A stretch of 64,000 bases of DNA from Chrysemys picta bellii (taxonomy: Eukaryota), in NCBI RefSeq assembly GCF_011386835.1, contig NC_088802.1, positions 41,850,001-41,914,000 on the forward strand, given 5' to 3'. The notes under the pieces are model-generated. The model saw nothing but the letters and a program-made list of their open reading frames with translations, searched no databases and was not told where the DNA came from. The translations under genes were made by a program, and so were the position numbers. This document shows, in pieces, positions 22,929 to 36,975 of this stretch. Every line of letters starts with the position of its first letter. Within the stretch, counting starts at the first letter, position 1.

Positions 22929-24204
22929 GTAAGGACCCCAGACATATTTAGTGAGTTTGTTTTTGTGGCAAATGCATTTAGCTTTATTTCTGCAGCCCAG
23001 GACATTGGAAAGTGCAGATATTTTTTCTGCTGCTGAAGGTGTCATACCGGCTAACCTAATCAAGGCCGTAAGTAAGAGAATTTATTTGAAAGTTAATGGG
23101 TAACTACGCCATCGTTTTGGGTTTTTTTTTTACTTGCAGGTGTATTTAGACAGAGCATTTCTTTTTCCCACTGCACAAAAGTATTCTAGAATTTTAATGG
23201 GTTGGGGCAGTCACACCTCAGATTTTTGTTTAGTTTTGCACCTTTTGTGTGTTAAAGAGAGGGTGACTCTGTTGCAAATCGTCACTTGCTGGGAGTTCCT
23301 GGATTGTTACTTTTTTCTTTTTTTTTTAATTTCGAATCTCCAGCATTTTATCTTAGTTATTTAACAGCGACATTATCCAAATCAGACACCAGCAGAATTT
23401 ACCATTCCATCTGGCTGTTAGCTTGGCACAGAAGAGATGCTACACACCTCTTTGGCCTGAAATAACATTTGTATTCTAATCGGGACTGCATTTCTCTTTG
23501 GAAGAAATACACAGTTATGACTGCCAAAGCAGTCAAAGGGATTTAGATGCATCTTCCATTAAAATTAATTGCTGCTATACCTCTAAATCCCCTGGGTTGC
23601 TATACATATCTTTATACACCTGTTGTTTTCAAAGATGGCAGGGCCCTGCATAAAGAAAAAAATGAAATGCAACGAGGAAATGGAAGTTAGTAATCTAGGA
23701 AATACTCAGGGCACTTTGACAAATGCAGGAGGCTATTATTTTGATTTGTCACCCATGGAATTAAAGTCCACCAAGAAAAGTGTTAACACGCAGAAGGAGG
23801 TACAAGTCTCTGGTTTGGTGTAATACTCTCATGGTAATTCTAATACAATGTCAATAGCATCAAAGCTGCTTGGATTCTGGTGATTCAGAAGATAGCTTGC
23901 TGTAAATGGCACAAGTGAACTCCATCTGCCTTGTGTGGGAGGTTGAATGGAGAAGGGAGACTCAGCCATCCCTGGCGTGACTTTGGTGTCGTCTGCAGAG
24001 GCACACCAGGGATAAATGGAGCCAGGCTCTTTGTGGGCGTCAGGTTGAAAACCTGTTGACTATTGTGAGTTGCCTGTTTGTCAGGGATCTTGAATCTCTT
24101 CCTGTTGTTCTTGCAGGATCGCCCCTTTCCCCCCTCCCATCCCCCACCTCGGTTCACCCCACACCTCCTGAATGTTGGACCTGCCCATTCTGGCCTCCCC
24201 AGAC

Positions 24205-24705
24205 ATGGCTGACAGCTGGTTGAACCTCCAGTCAGAGGAAGAAAGAGGGCAGGAAAGCAGCATGGGGGACTCTGCCAACCTGGACGACAGCCTGACCAGC
24301 CTACAGTGGCTTCAAGAGTTTTCCATCATCAATGCCAACGTGGGCAAGTCTTCCTCTTCTCCTAGCAGCTCGGACCCTCATGGCTACCACAAGATCCCTG
24401 GCTCTGCTGCTCCTTGCTCCCCCTTGGCTGCTGACCCAGCTTGCATTGGGATGCCCCACACCCCCGGCAAGCCCATTTCATCTTCCACCTCCAGGACTAC
24501 TCACCTGGGGATGGGCATGCAGGCCCAGCCCTTGGACGACATAGATTACAAGACCAACCCTCATGTGAAGCCCCCTTACTCCTACGCGACGCTCATCTGC
24601 ATGGCCATGGAAGCCAGCAAGAAAACCAAAATCACCCTTTCGGCCATCTACAAATGGATTACGGACAACTTCTGCTACTTCAGACACGCTGACCCCACCT
24701 GGCAG
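24205..24705 (+). CDS. FOXJ1: FOXJ1 coding exon 1 (MADSWL...DDSLTSLQWLQEF...KPPYSYATLICMAM...HADPTWQ); the exon starts at 24117
   Basis: N-terminal half of the forkhead domain plus FOXJ1-specific LDDSLTSLQWL and PHTPGKP motifs. ATG in strong Kozak context (GACATGG). Phase-0 donor GTAGG at 24706. Confidence 0.97.
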
Positions 24706-24957
24706 GTAGGGATCCCAAAGAGCCACCGTCCCTCCCTCTCTGCATCTGTCCCTAAAGATAGGCATGTGCAGCCTGCTGGTGGGGTTGGGGCGGACTTGCC
24801 CTAGCTGATCAGACACTGCAGTAATGGTGCCAGTAGAAGAACATGGGCAAATAGATGAAGTCAGGTATTCCTCAAGAGCTCCGGCTCCAAACTGGCCCAG
24901 AGCAGTACAAGAAGGGTCAATGCCCACCATGTTCCAACATTGTGCGTCTAGCATCCA

Positions 24958-24959
24958 TT

Positions 24960-25014
<55 letters not shown>
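24958..25014. repeat. (TTTC)n microsatellite in the FOXJ1 intron
   Basis: About 14 tandem TTTC units seen directly. Confidence 0.95.
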
Positions 25015-25016
<2 letters not shown>

Positions 25017-28000
25017 AGGATGCAATTAATGACTTTTGGTGTGTTTCTTGCCCAGGTCTTTTGCCTTGAGTGAACATTCTGCAGCACACAGAAGCTGCTG
25101 TCAATGAGACCATAGCCCAATATAAACAGGAATTTACCCTTGTAAAAGTTAGCGATTATCTATCACTCCTCCAGTGCTGGACAGAGACTGAGATTGGCGA
25201 CAAAAGGACAAATTCTCCTCTGTTACATCAGCACACTTCAGTGGTGCTGCACCAGTGTACTGGAGAAGAGAATTTGGCTCAGAGAGCACAGAAAGGAGAG
25301 GAGAGGGACAGGGGGAAAGAAAAAGACAGTGGAGGGGAGGGGATGAGATTGGGGAACAATGACAAAGGGAGGATGGGAAAACGGAGAACGAGTTGAAGGG
25401 GGATTGTATCTGATGTGTTTAACTTCTATATCAGGATCAGAGACCCCAGGGAGGCTCCCTTATTCCAGAGATTAGAAACCCAACAGTGCCTTGAAAGGTG
25501 GCTTTGACCAAGCGAGCTATTGGCCGCAGTGAGATGCCCATTATCCCGCGATAGGCCACTGCCATTTTGATGATACTGAAAGGTACAAATTCTGCTGTAA
25601 GTGGTTGAAACTCCTCCCTGCCGCTTGACGGCGCTCCCATTGGGAGCATCTCCATCCCTGAGCACCACCTCCTTGTTCTCTTCAGACGTATGAGCTGGCA
25701 GCCCTAAAACTGAGGACTCGTTTCTTCAGTCCCCTGGTGGATCAGTGAATTCATCAGATCTCTGAGCCAGCAATTTCTACAGACACAAAGGAAAAGATCT
25801 AGGGGAAGGGTTAATACCTTCATGTAGAAAATCCCTGATCATCAGTGTTTAGATCTGCAAACACCATTTCTTTCCAATGTATAGCACAATGGAAAAGCTG
25901 TGCCCCCTTTCAGTACAGAGCATCGTATTCTCCAGGGGCTTGTGGCATGAGGAAGAGGAAAGGTTTCATCACTGTGATGAGAGCCCTGAGCCTCAGTGTT
26001 CCTTTGTCTTGCCTTCCTTCTGCCAATGGAAAAACATGTCCAGAGGCAGCTTCCTTTGCCTTCTGTTCAAAGGAGGAACAACTTCCCTAGATTGCTGGAG
26101 ATCATCATAACAAAGATAATGATAAGTAACACCCTGCACTCCTTTCAAGACTGAACCTTGCCCTAAACTGGCTGCAGCCTGGGAGTTAACCTGAAGATGT
26201 TCCCCAAGCTGGTGGGGGGAATCACTGGACCAGGTTCATCTCTGGTCACAAAGCCACTTTAGGCCCCCTAGGGAACATTTTCATCACAAGGACCTTCCCC
26301 ACCTACACTGGCTCCGTGCCCTCCCCTCCCTGGAACTCCTGGCACAGGAGGCGTTCCAAGGGTGCGTCATGTGCAGGAGGAGGCGTGGCCAGGCTGTTCC
26401 CACACCCTGGTTAATCCCAGGCTGCTGCAAGGGCCATATTGGCCATGGCAGGCAGGGTGCCAATTGAGTGTTGCCCTCGCCTGCGCTAGGGACTGAGGTG
26501 GCCCTGGCAACCCCAGGATAGGAGAGGTTCAAGCGCCTGTTGGAGCCTACGCTGGTCTCTGCAGCAGCACTGGAGTGAATCAGGCCCATCAAACCCGGGT
26601 TCTCAAGGCAGTGGGCACTGGCCAGTCACAGATGAAATGGCTGCAAAATCCAGTTTCCACGGTTCAGCTGCCTGCTTACCACATTAACGTGCCAGCTCCT
26701 TCCGGCTGTCGACCGTCCTTTTAAGAACTTCGCGAACAAGGAGACCAGACCTGCCCTGCTCAGGACCTGACTCCAGAATTGTTCTGGGTTTAAACAAAAT
26801 CAGTCTGACAAAACAAGGAGTTGCACCCAGGTGGAGGTTAGCTAAGCCTGGCAACAGCCATGGGACCATGCCTAGATCAACCAGTGCCCACTGCCTCCCA
26901 TTCAACCTCACCCGCTCTACACCGGAGTGAATCCTGGACATCTCCAACCTCCACCTTGTGCTTGTGCTAGCGCCCCAATCTCCATTGCGGGCTGGCACAT
27001 GCACCGCCAAATGGGAGGGAGCAGCAGTAACTGGTTCTGCTCTCACTTACTCCGTAAATTGGGAGCAGTTCTATTGGAGCCGGCAGGGTCACACTCAGGG
27101 TATGAGTGCTGGTAGAGTAGGGCGGAGTACAGTCACAAAGGCTGCGAGCACCAGCGATTGAGGGAAACTCACCTCGATAAAGAACCGCCACAAATAAGAG
27201 TTCTTGTCAGTTTACATCCGCTAGAATTAGCAAGTCAGCGGTCTTGGGCACTGGGGAACATATACAAGAGCAGGGAGGCAAGTAGTAGTATTTTGACTTC
27301 TCCTCCGAATTCTGGATAATTAGCATATTTTCAATTAAATGGGTTTATAAAAAAAAAAAAGTTCTCAATCCCTCTCCGCAAAGATGCAGGTGGTTAGCTT
27401 GCTTGTTGGAATGATAAATATGCTAACTGGCTGGGTAATAATCAACTGCAGGCAAGCCAGGCTGAATGAAATTTGGGGCTGGGGGTGGAGAATTTGGCTT
27501 GGAATTCTCTGACCTTTGTAAAATTTCATTAAACAGTAAATTCTGAATCCCTGGAGTCTGGAATGTTTGCTGGATTCCCCTCCCCCCCTTTCTTTCCTAG
27601 TCTCCCACCATAACTGTGTTCTCATCCCTCTACCCCAATTCCTGTAAGTGGAGACAGACTCAAAAGGTCATGCCACCCATACGCAGGGGGAGATGGATAG
27701 ATTCCTGTGGGAGCTGCATGCTTTGGAGAGGAGCCAACTTGCCCAGGGAGTTTCAGCCTGGAGGAGGGGTGTTGGTTTTTTGTAGTGTTTTTTTTTTTTT
27801 TTTTTTGTAAGGTCTCCAGGCATTCAAGCTTTGTTTTTGCTATCCGGCAATACGGATTATGGATGAATAAGCATAAAGATATCCAGGCAACATTTAAAAA
27901 AAAAAAGCCCTTCACCATATCCAATCTCTTTACACCCTCTTAGCTTTGTATAGTGTAACACAGCGTTATTTACCCAATAACTGAGTTTCCTTTCTGATTA

Positions 28001-28750
28001 TGCACATCACTCTAGACATTCATGTTTTTCAGAGCAGCTCGACGGGAAGCAGAAAGTCCCTTTTCTTTTTTGCAGCTGTTTTGATTTGTGTTTAGGAAGA
28101 TACGGACAGTGATTTCATACCAAGCTTTCCTAAGCCTTGCGGACAAATTCAGCAACGGTGCTCGAAATGGGAGCAATTAATGGGGGTGCAAATCCAATGC
28201 AAATGGGTGTCCGTGGCGAAGAGCAACCCCATGTCAGAGTAGGACTAATCAGCACATGGGCCTTTGCATTGAGGGCATTTCCGCATGCCTAAGTGGGATC
28301 TAGGTGCCGTGATGACACCAGAGGTAGTAGGGTATCTACACTTGGCTATTTTTGCCAATTGATTTCCCACTGTTGCTAACACTGGCACAGTTCACACCCC
28401 ATCCCGCCTTTCTATGGGACTGATCCAAATTCAAGAGAAAAGACTCCCGTTGAATTCAGTGGGCTCTGGATCAGGGCCCTTGGCTCTAGCTATTTTGGAT
28501 TGGTTTGGAATGGAGGTGGCTGCCTTCCCTTTGGTACTTGCACGGCTGGCCAAGGAGGTTTCTGCTCTGCCACACAACTCAGGATTTGGCCTGGGATGTG
28601 TTTTCCTGTTGCAGCCATCTCTGTCTCCCGATTGTCAGAAGCTCCCTGATGGTCCTATGTATCTTCACCCCACTGGAGGGGTTTATGTTTTGTAATGGAT
28701 CGTTTACAAAGTTGCACATGTCCAACCTTGCTGTTTTCTTTTGGGTTTAG

Positions 28751-29566
<816 letters not shown>

Positions 29567-30002
29567 GAGGCCGCTGCTGGTTAGAAGGATCAAGTTAAAC
29601 CCAGGTAGACTTTATCTATTAGCAAGATACTCCCAGTGCTGCTGGAGATTACAAGGGACAAGATCTCTAGAAACGGGGACATACACTTTTATCAGCTGCA
29701 AAGTATGGTTATTCACAGAAACTCCAGAAGAAACCCAGAAGATTTGGCTGGATATATCTGAAGGCAACACATCAGGAGAAGTCTCTGCCTCTTGGGTTTC
29801 CCTAAGAGAAGAAATAACTACTTATTTTGGGACTCTGTTTTTTTAAAGAAATGTAGATTATCCTATGTTTGGTGGGAATGGAAGGAGCATATGTTCCCTC
29901 TAGGACAAAGGAGAACAGTTGCTAAGTTACATGCAAGAGCTGAGATTTCCTGATGACTTTGGACATTGTAGACCATGTGCAATTTCCTTCTCCTTCTTCT
30001 CC

Positions 30003-30004
<2 letters not shown>

Positions 30005-30035
<31 letters not shown>
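30005..30035. repeat. (CT)n microsatellite in the FOXJ1 3'UTR
   Basis: Direct dinucleotide run. Confidence 0.9.
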
Positions 30036-30042
<7 letters not shown>

Positions 30043-30361
30043 TTTTTCTGTCCAGGGATATTCCCAGGCATAACATGAGATAATTAAGTAGCAGGTAAAT
30101 AAAAGTCCCTTCTGGGTTCTATAAGTTCAACCTCCCTCATGAATTGGGGCTAGGGAAGAAGACGAGATCTGTAAAATCAGATGCAAATCAGCAAGTCGGC
30201 CTCTTCAGCTGTTTTTGTATAGTCTATTATATATAAATATATATCTATTCAAAGAAACCTATATTTTTAGCACAATCAGTAGAGTAGCTTCTTGATGGGA
30301 CGGCAGTGGAAATGAGGTTTTTTTCTGTGCTGTATAAAGACTAATGTTAATTGTTCTGCAA

Positions 30362-30367
30362 ATTAAA
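30362..30367 (+). terminator. Candidate FOXJ1 polyA signal ATTAAA (alternative AATAAA at 30098-30103)
   Basis: Lies at the end of an AU-rich 3'UTR, with TGTA upstream and GU/U-rich sequence downstream. Confidence 0.4.
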
Positions 30368-31089
30368 AATGAAGCGTGTCAAATGTTTATTGTAACAAAA
30401 TATGCAAAGGAAAATTCCTACATCAGAAGCAATGAATTTCTTTAAGGATCGAGAAAAGGATGAAGACAGGAGAGAAGGAGAAGAGACTTGCCTTTCTCCA
30501 GATTGTGCTCTTACTTATTTTTGTATCCTGAACTCCTTGCCTTGAGTCACGAGCGACTGTATTTGCTGTAAGGCCTAGAATGGTGTCACTGTGAACCTGC
30601 AACATTTCTGAATGATTGACGAAACAATGTTCTATTTTCTGATCAGAAACTGTGAACCGAAAGCATCCCCTTCATCAGCCTGTATGTCAGGCTCTGAACA
30701 GCCTCTGCGACGATCCAGGAGACAAATCAAGTGATGGGTGATTAAGGACCAAGCCTCCTTCTCCCTCCGCGAGACAGCTGTGATCAAACGTTGCTTAATT
30801 GTTATGTTGGGGTTTCCCATGCAGGGGGATGCTCACCAGCTCTTGGTGATTTTGTATTTTATTTAAACGAATGTTCTTGTATGGGACTAACGAAAAATGA
30901 AATCTGGATCCGGGGCTCAGTCAGGGAGTAAGAGGCCAAAGACTGTGTGTGCAACAAACATTAGTTATGAACAAAAGCAGAGTTTAGAATCCCTTCTCTG
31001 CCTTCCCTAACGTGTCCCCTTTACTCTGCTCCTCTCCTAAAGTAATAATCAGGCTGACCACTTACCATCTCCAACCTGCTGCACAAAGG

Positions 31090-31220
31090 TTAACCAGTTA
31101 ATTCTCACAGCACCCCTGCAAGGTAAGTATTATTATCCCCATTTTACAGATGGGGGTGATGAGGCAGGGATCAATTAACTGATTTGCCCAAGGCCTAACA
31201 GCACAGCCTCGCTCCCAGTC
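31090..31220 (+). repeat. MIR-like CORE-SINE relic; similar relics at ~32870-33090, 34090-34320, 42030-42140, 44340-44630, 46310-46440, 54590-54930, 56760-57030
   Basis: ATTATTATCCCCATTTTACAGATGGGG...GAGGCA...TTGCCCAAGG core motif. Confidence 0.65.
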
Positions 31221-32036
31221 CTGTGACCATACTGCCTCTTAAAGGTGTGAAGGGGATGCCGGCAGGCTAAAGGTTTCTCCAAAGCAGGTAGAAAATAGAA
31301 AGGCAGAGCAAGGAGAGGCAAAGTGCCTGACTCCTTTCTCGAGACGTTTAACAACCTGGGACCAGAGCCTCAGCTGGTGAAAATTGCTGTAGCTCCACTG
31401 ACTTCAACAGAGCTATGCTGATTTACCTGCTGACGATCTGTCCCTAATTGGTTTGCTAATGGGAGTGTGGACAGGTATCTGCGAAATATGCATAGGCAGC
31501 AAAGAAATATTATGGTAGTTTAAAAATAAAAAATCTTGCTCAAACTTGAATTCAAGCTCTAGAGAATCAGATTCTAAGCCTCTCTGTTGGTACAGGCAAT
31601 ATAGTTAACATAAACTAGCTGCTAGTTAACAGAAAGACGAGGTTACTTTGGAGTGTGTTAGACTTGTTGAAAGACATAACGCTATAAACTTTTTTTGTTC
31701 GTTTGTTTAGAAACTATAGTAAGACTTTAGGAACCTTGATGTGAGCAAACTAACTTAGCTGGAGTCTAGTTGTCGTTTAAAAAAAATAGCCTGATTTAAT
31801 GCTGGAAAAGACAACCCTTGTATTAACTAATGAATTAACTTGCATTCAAGGTCACAGAGGTCGGAAATGCAATGCATTGCATATGGGTTTTCAGGTACAT
31901 AGGGCTAGATCCTCAGCTGGTGCAAATCGGCTTAGCTCCATTGAGGTCAATGGAGCGACTCACGCTTACAGCAGCAGAGGATGTTGACCCATTGATCTCC
32001 ATACAGGCGGCTGCTGGAGTGGGGTGGAACTCTTAA

Positions 32037-32303
32037 GGTGTGTCTACACTTCAAAAAAAGACCTGTGGCATGGCCCAAGTCCACTGGCTTGGGCTCAGGT
32101 GGCAGGGCTAAATATTGCAGCGGGAGCCCCAACTCTGAAACCCCATGAGGGGGATGGGTCTCAGAGCCTGGGCTCCAGCCCAAGCCTGAACATCCACACT
32201 GCAATTTTTAGCCTGACAGCAAGAGTCCTACAAGCCGAAGTCGATTAACCTGGGCTCTGAGACTCATTGGCGTGAGATTTTTTTGTGCAGTGTAGATGTA
32301 ACC
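32037..32303. mobile_element. Non-autonomous Harbinger element
   Basis: TIRs GGTGTGTCTACACT / AGTGTAGATGTAACC, with TTA/TAA-type flanks. Confidence 0.75.
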
Positions 32304-33189
32304 TTAGGGTCCATGGTTTAGACAATGCTCCCCTGGATCTGGCAGACAATCAAAAGATACAAGCTGCAATGGCTGCCAAATGGCTCCAGAGGGTTGGTCC
32401 CATTCGTCCTCCATAAAAATGAGGAAGTAGGGTTGGCATTTTAACCATCTCACGTACTTAGTGAACAACCTCCAAAAAACCTCTGCAAAAACTAATGGGG
32501 GTGCCCTCCACCAGCCGGCACTGCTCCAAGAGCTGGCTGCATTTCCACCTGGTGAGATATGGCTGCGTGGCTTTCATCTCCATTCCAAGGCTACTGGTGA
32601 TCAGACTGGGCCTACTCCAGTGTTTTGATTCTTTTTTGTAATGCTTCATTTTTTTTGTTTTTGTTTCTTTCTCCTGTTTTGGGGCCTGTTTCATACAGAT
32701 GCTGGAAGAACTACAAAGATAAGTGTGCAATTTAACCTTTTTCATGGAAAGTTATTTACAATTAAAAAACATGTTAAATGAAAAACTGGTTTTGCCTCCT
32801 TGTTTCCCTAATGCACTGATCTTGAGTCTCTTTCTGTCTAGTACTTATATGGCCCCCATTTACCATGGCAGCCAAACCCCTCACAATATAGTTAATGCAT
32901 TTATTCTCACAGCACTCCTGTGAGGTTGGCCAGTGCAGTTGTCTTCATTGTATAGATGGGGAATGGTGGCACAGAGAGGCTAAATAACTTGCCCAAGGTA
33001 AGACCGAATGTCTGTGGTGGAATAGGGACTTCAACTCTGGTTTCCCAAGTCCAGAGAGTGCCCTAACCATTGGACCATCTTTCTTCTCTTTTCATGGAAG
33101 TATAAGATTTTTAGGGATGGGAAAAGGACATCAATCTGAGGGATCAAGATGTAAAATGCAATATTATTATTATTATTTCTACTACAGTA

Positions 33190-33589
33190 ACTAGGGGTCA
33201 CAGAACATAGGGGTCACCCAATGAAATTAATAGACAGCAGGTATAAAATAAACAAAAGGAAGTATTTTTCACACAATGCACAGTCAACTTGTGGAACTCC
33301 TTGCCAGAGGATGTTGTGAAGGCCAACACCATACCACGGTTCAAAAAAGAACTAGATAAGTTCATGGAGGCTAGGTCCATCAATGACTATTAGCCAGGAT
33401 GGGCAGGGATGGTGTCCCTAGCCTCTGTTTGCCAGAAGCTGGGAATGGGTGACAGGGGATGGATCATTTGATGATTACCTGTTCTATTCATTCCCTCTGG
33501 GGCACCTGGCATTGGCCACTGTCAGAAGACAGGATACTGGGCTAAATGGACCTTTGGTCTGACACAATATGGCCGTTCTTATGTTCTTA
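33190..33589 (+). mobile_element. CR1 3' fragment (second subfamily, TTCTTATG tail)
   Basis: AGGGGTCACCCAATGAAATTAATAG...GGAACTCCTTGCCAGAGGATGTTGTGAAGGCC...GGCCGTTCTTATGTTCTTA. Confidence 0.9.
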
Positions 33590-36500
33590 ATGCCTAAGGG
33601 CTCTCATGGGTTGAGAAGAAAAGCTTGGAAATATGACCTAAGTGTGCCTGAATCTGCAGAGATCCTGCAATAGTAGCTCTGTGGAGTGTGAACTGCCTCA
33701 TTCATCTTAATGGGGTGTTAACACCAAGACTCATTGGGCTGGGAGGCCTGGCTGACTTTAACCCCAGCAGAACAGTGTGTGTGTGTGCGTGTGTGCATGC
33801 AAGGGCCACCAAAGTGTCACAGGCTCAGCCCACCCAACCAGGTATGCCTCAGTTACTGGGATAAGTCCTGGGAGATGCCCCTGCTGCTGCACTTGTCTGA
33901 GGGTGGGGAGAGGGGACCCCTGCAGGGAGCAGAAACTCCTGGGAGGGAAAGTAGGGCCCCATGCCACTGCTCCAACCTCTCTGGTTTGGATGAGGGGCCC
34001 CCATGTCACTCAAAGTGAGGAGATGGGGCCACAGCAAGGGGTGGAGCCAAAAGAGGTCCTGTGTCTTGGTGGGTCTAGGCCCCCGTATTGCCTTAATCTG
34101 TCTGTACAGTATCAACACGTAGTAAGAATCAGTGCTGAAGACGTTACCATCTAACAACTAGACAAAAGGGATTATTCTCCCCAATTTACAGCTGGGGAAG
34201 TGAGGCACAGAGAGGTGAAGTGACATGCCCAAGATGATAAAGGGAGTCTGTGGCAGAGCTAGCATCTGAACCCAAATCTCCTGAGTCCTAGTCGCATGTC
34301 TTAGCCCCAAGAGCACCCTTCCACCCCACCCATTCCTCTTCTCCTGATAGGACCTGTGCTCCTGTTGATGTCCAAGGCCATCAGGGTTGCCTGTAATTAG
34401 AGGTTCTGCAAACCCACGTATGAGATGTCTGGGTTTCATTGCTCCAAGGGGAAACATTTTCACCCACTCTGGTCTGGGGACTTTCACTCCAGGGGAGAGC
34501 AGAAGAGGCAACTTTCCAAACACAAAGAGCTAGGGCCCAAAGTCTTTACACAAGCAAACTTCCATTGGGTCAAATCCTGAGGTCTTTTAACTCAGTCCTT
34601 CCTCTGTTGGAACATCCACTGACCTCGAAGAGACTTTCACCTGAGTGATTTGGCCCACATTTTGCGCACACATATTTTTGAGACACCCATGATGCCCAGC
34701 ACTGGAAACTAATCTCTCAATGGTCAGTTCATTGAGGGACTCACCCAGCTGGCTGGAAGTACCATATAAACCTTTTTCTTTTAATACTCTAATGGAGAGG
34801 AAGGACCATAGATGGTAACCAGGAGATCTGGACCACCAGGAATATGTTAAAGATGTCCATGGAGCAGCGGGATGGCCCAGTTTTGGTAGCTGTAATGATG
34901 TTTTTCCATCTAGACGTCTTACAGTACAGAGATGTGTGACTGTTTATTGGCAGGGGAATTGTAAGACACTTGGGAGCAATATGACTAAAAACACTTTTAA
35001 CAAACAATAGTTCAGACCAGAAGATATTATATGTCCTTATTGAGTTCAAACTGTCTCCTCTCGGTCCCATAGCTGCCACCAGGGAGGAGCCATTCAACTT
35101 AATACTAAGGGCTCCCTCTGAGTTTTGCCCTGATCCCACTTTGTTTTGCCAGGGTAGAGAAAGGAGCATTTAGTACCCCACATCCTCAAAAATTAACTGG
35201 ATGGAAGTGGGGTTCAGGGGTGAGGCTCTGATCCCCTTGAAAGCAACTGGATCCACAGAAGCCCGTTCTAAGAGCGGTTGTGGTGGAAAACGCTTCCTGT
35301 CGCTCAAAGCCAGCCGGCCCTTCAGAGCAAAAGAAAAGCCCCAGCAACCCAGGGAAGGAGGCCATGAGCTGGGGAGGGTGGGGGAACGGCACAAAAGAGA
35401 CGGTAACAGATGAAACCACTTGAGGTTAATTACACTGAGAAGCAATTGGCTCCACAAGGATGTTAGAAGCAGGGGGGAAAAAACTTGAAAGGCTGGGGAG
35501 GGTGAACTCTTCATGACCTTGGAGGTGTGCAGAGGCAGGTTATTCGGGGAGCTGAGCCCAGCACATGGTGGGGATGGTGAGGCTCTCTTTACCTAGGGGC
35601 AGAGGAATGGGACAACAGTGGGTGAGGGAGCACAGCCAGCCACAGAGAGCAAAGGGACATGGATGATTTTGCATAGAATGTTTTCAGTATCATTTCAATT
35701 TGACCTGGCCCCATTGGCTGCTGCCTGATCCCTAGGGCCTGATGGCCCCAGGGGTTGCTGTCTGATCGCTTGGCTCAAGGTAAGATTTTTTTTTACTAGC
35801 TGCCCTCTAGGTTGGGTCAACCTGAGGGCATCCTGGCTAATGCGTCCCTGAAGAGCAATGGGAATTAGAGCCAGGAGGAGGGTGACACGGAGAACGAGTG
35901 CCTTCGTTAAAAACAACGCGCATCAGCTGCATCAGCCCACAGGCGAGGAACAAAAAGCAGCCGACGGTGAAGAGGGAAGGATGAGGCCGAGCGGCTCAGC
36001 ACTGCCGTGCAGGTAGCCCGGGGCTAGGTCTCTAGTCGAGGCCTGGGAGCACTGGAGGCACGTCCAGTTGCTCAGCCCTGAGGGGCTCCAAAGGGAGCCA
36101 GGGTCGTGCGCCTAGAACAGAAGGCAGGCGTTTGTTACAGAGAAGCCTTGAGAACAGGGGTATAAAAGCAGGTTGAGGGGACATGAAAGGGTGCCTGTGT
36201 GCCCTGACAGAGATGGGGGGGCCCTCCCCACCCCCCAGAATACACTGAAAGCCCAAAGTCAAGGGCAAAGGCAATATTCTTTATCCTTTAACATCGAAGG
36301 ATCCTAGAATGTTTTCCAAACAGCCTGGGATGGCAAGCACAGCCTGGCCTGTGTAATAAACAGCCAGTGTCTCTTTAAACCTGCCTTTAAAAATCTGTGT
36401 TCCTGGTTCTTTAAAAAAAAAATCTATTGGGTGCATAGATGCAGGGTAAAGGCCCTTGACCAGAAACCCTTCTGCCACCACCCCCTTGATCTTTGGCACT

Positions 36501-36900
36501 AACTCTCTCTGCAGAGCCAGTGCATTAGCACCACCCATAATGCACCTGCACCAGCTAATCTCCCAGCACCACCAATCCCTGCACCAGGGCCCTGTAGAAA
36601 GATAGCAGCTTTTACTACCAGCAGCCCTCCTCCTAGTGGGAAGGGTGGAGCCTCCTCACCATTGACCGCAGTTGATCCCCCATGCAGCAGAATCAAAACT
36701 AGCATCCAAGGTAGGTGTCCTGGTGGGGGAGATAAAGGCTGTGCATGTGTTGGACACTGGTAAGAGGGCACTAAAAGAGAGAAGGCGCGGAGGGTCTTTA
36801 ACCCGATTTGGAGGGAGTGCAAGGCAATGGCTCACACACCGGATGACTTAAGCCACCATAGCCTGCCCCTCTGTTCATCTCAAATGGTCCTGAAGCATGG

Positions 36901-36975
36901 ATCATAGAAGGGATCTTGAGAGGTCATCAAGTCCAGCCCCCTGTGCTAAGGCAGGACCAAATAAACCTAGACCAG
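36901..36975 (-). mobile_element. CR1 3' tail fragment, antisense
   Basis: ATCATAGAAGGGATCTTGAGAGGTCATCAAGTCCAGCCCC..GCAGGACCA is the reverse complement of a CR1 tail. Confidence 0.7.

Noticed and set aside
24478-24954. 158-aa minus-strand ORF, and the 159-aa ORF at 28849-29328
   Set aside because: Antisense shadows of FOXJ1 coding exons.
26170-26620. Possible SINE or ancient palindromic repeat in the FOXJ1 intron
   Set aside because: It looks repeat-like, but I cannot assign family or boundaries reliably.
35695-35916. 73-aa minus ORF with a signal-peptide-like N-terminus
   Set aside because: Starts at TTG with an in-frame stop just upstream. No ATG or splice support.
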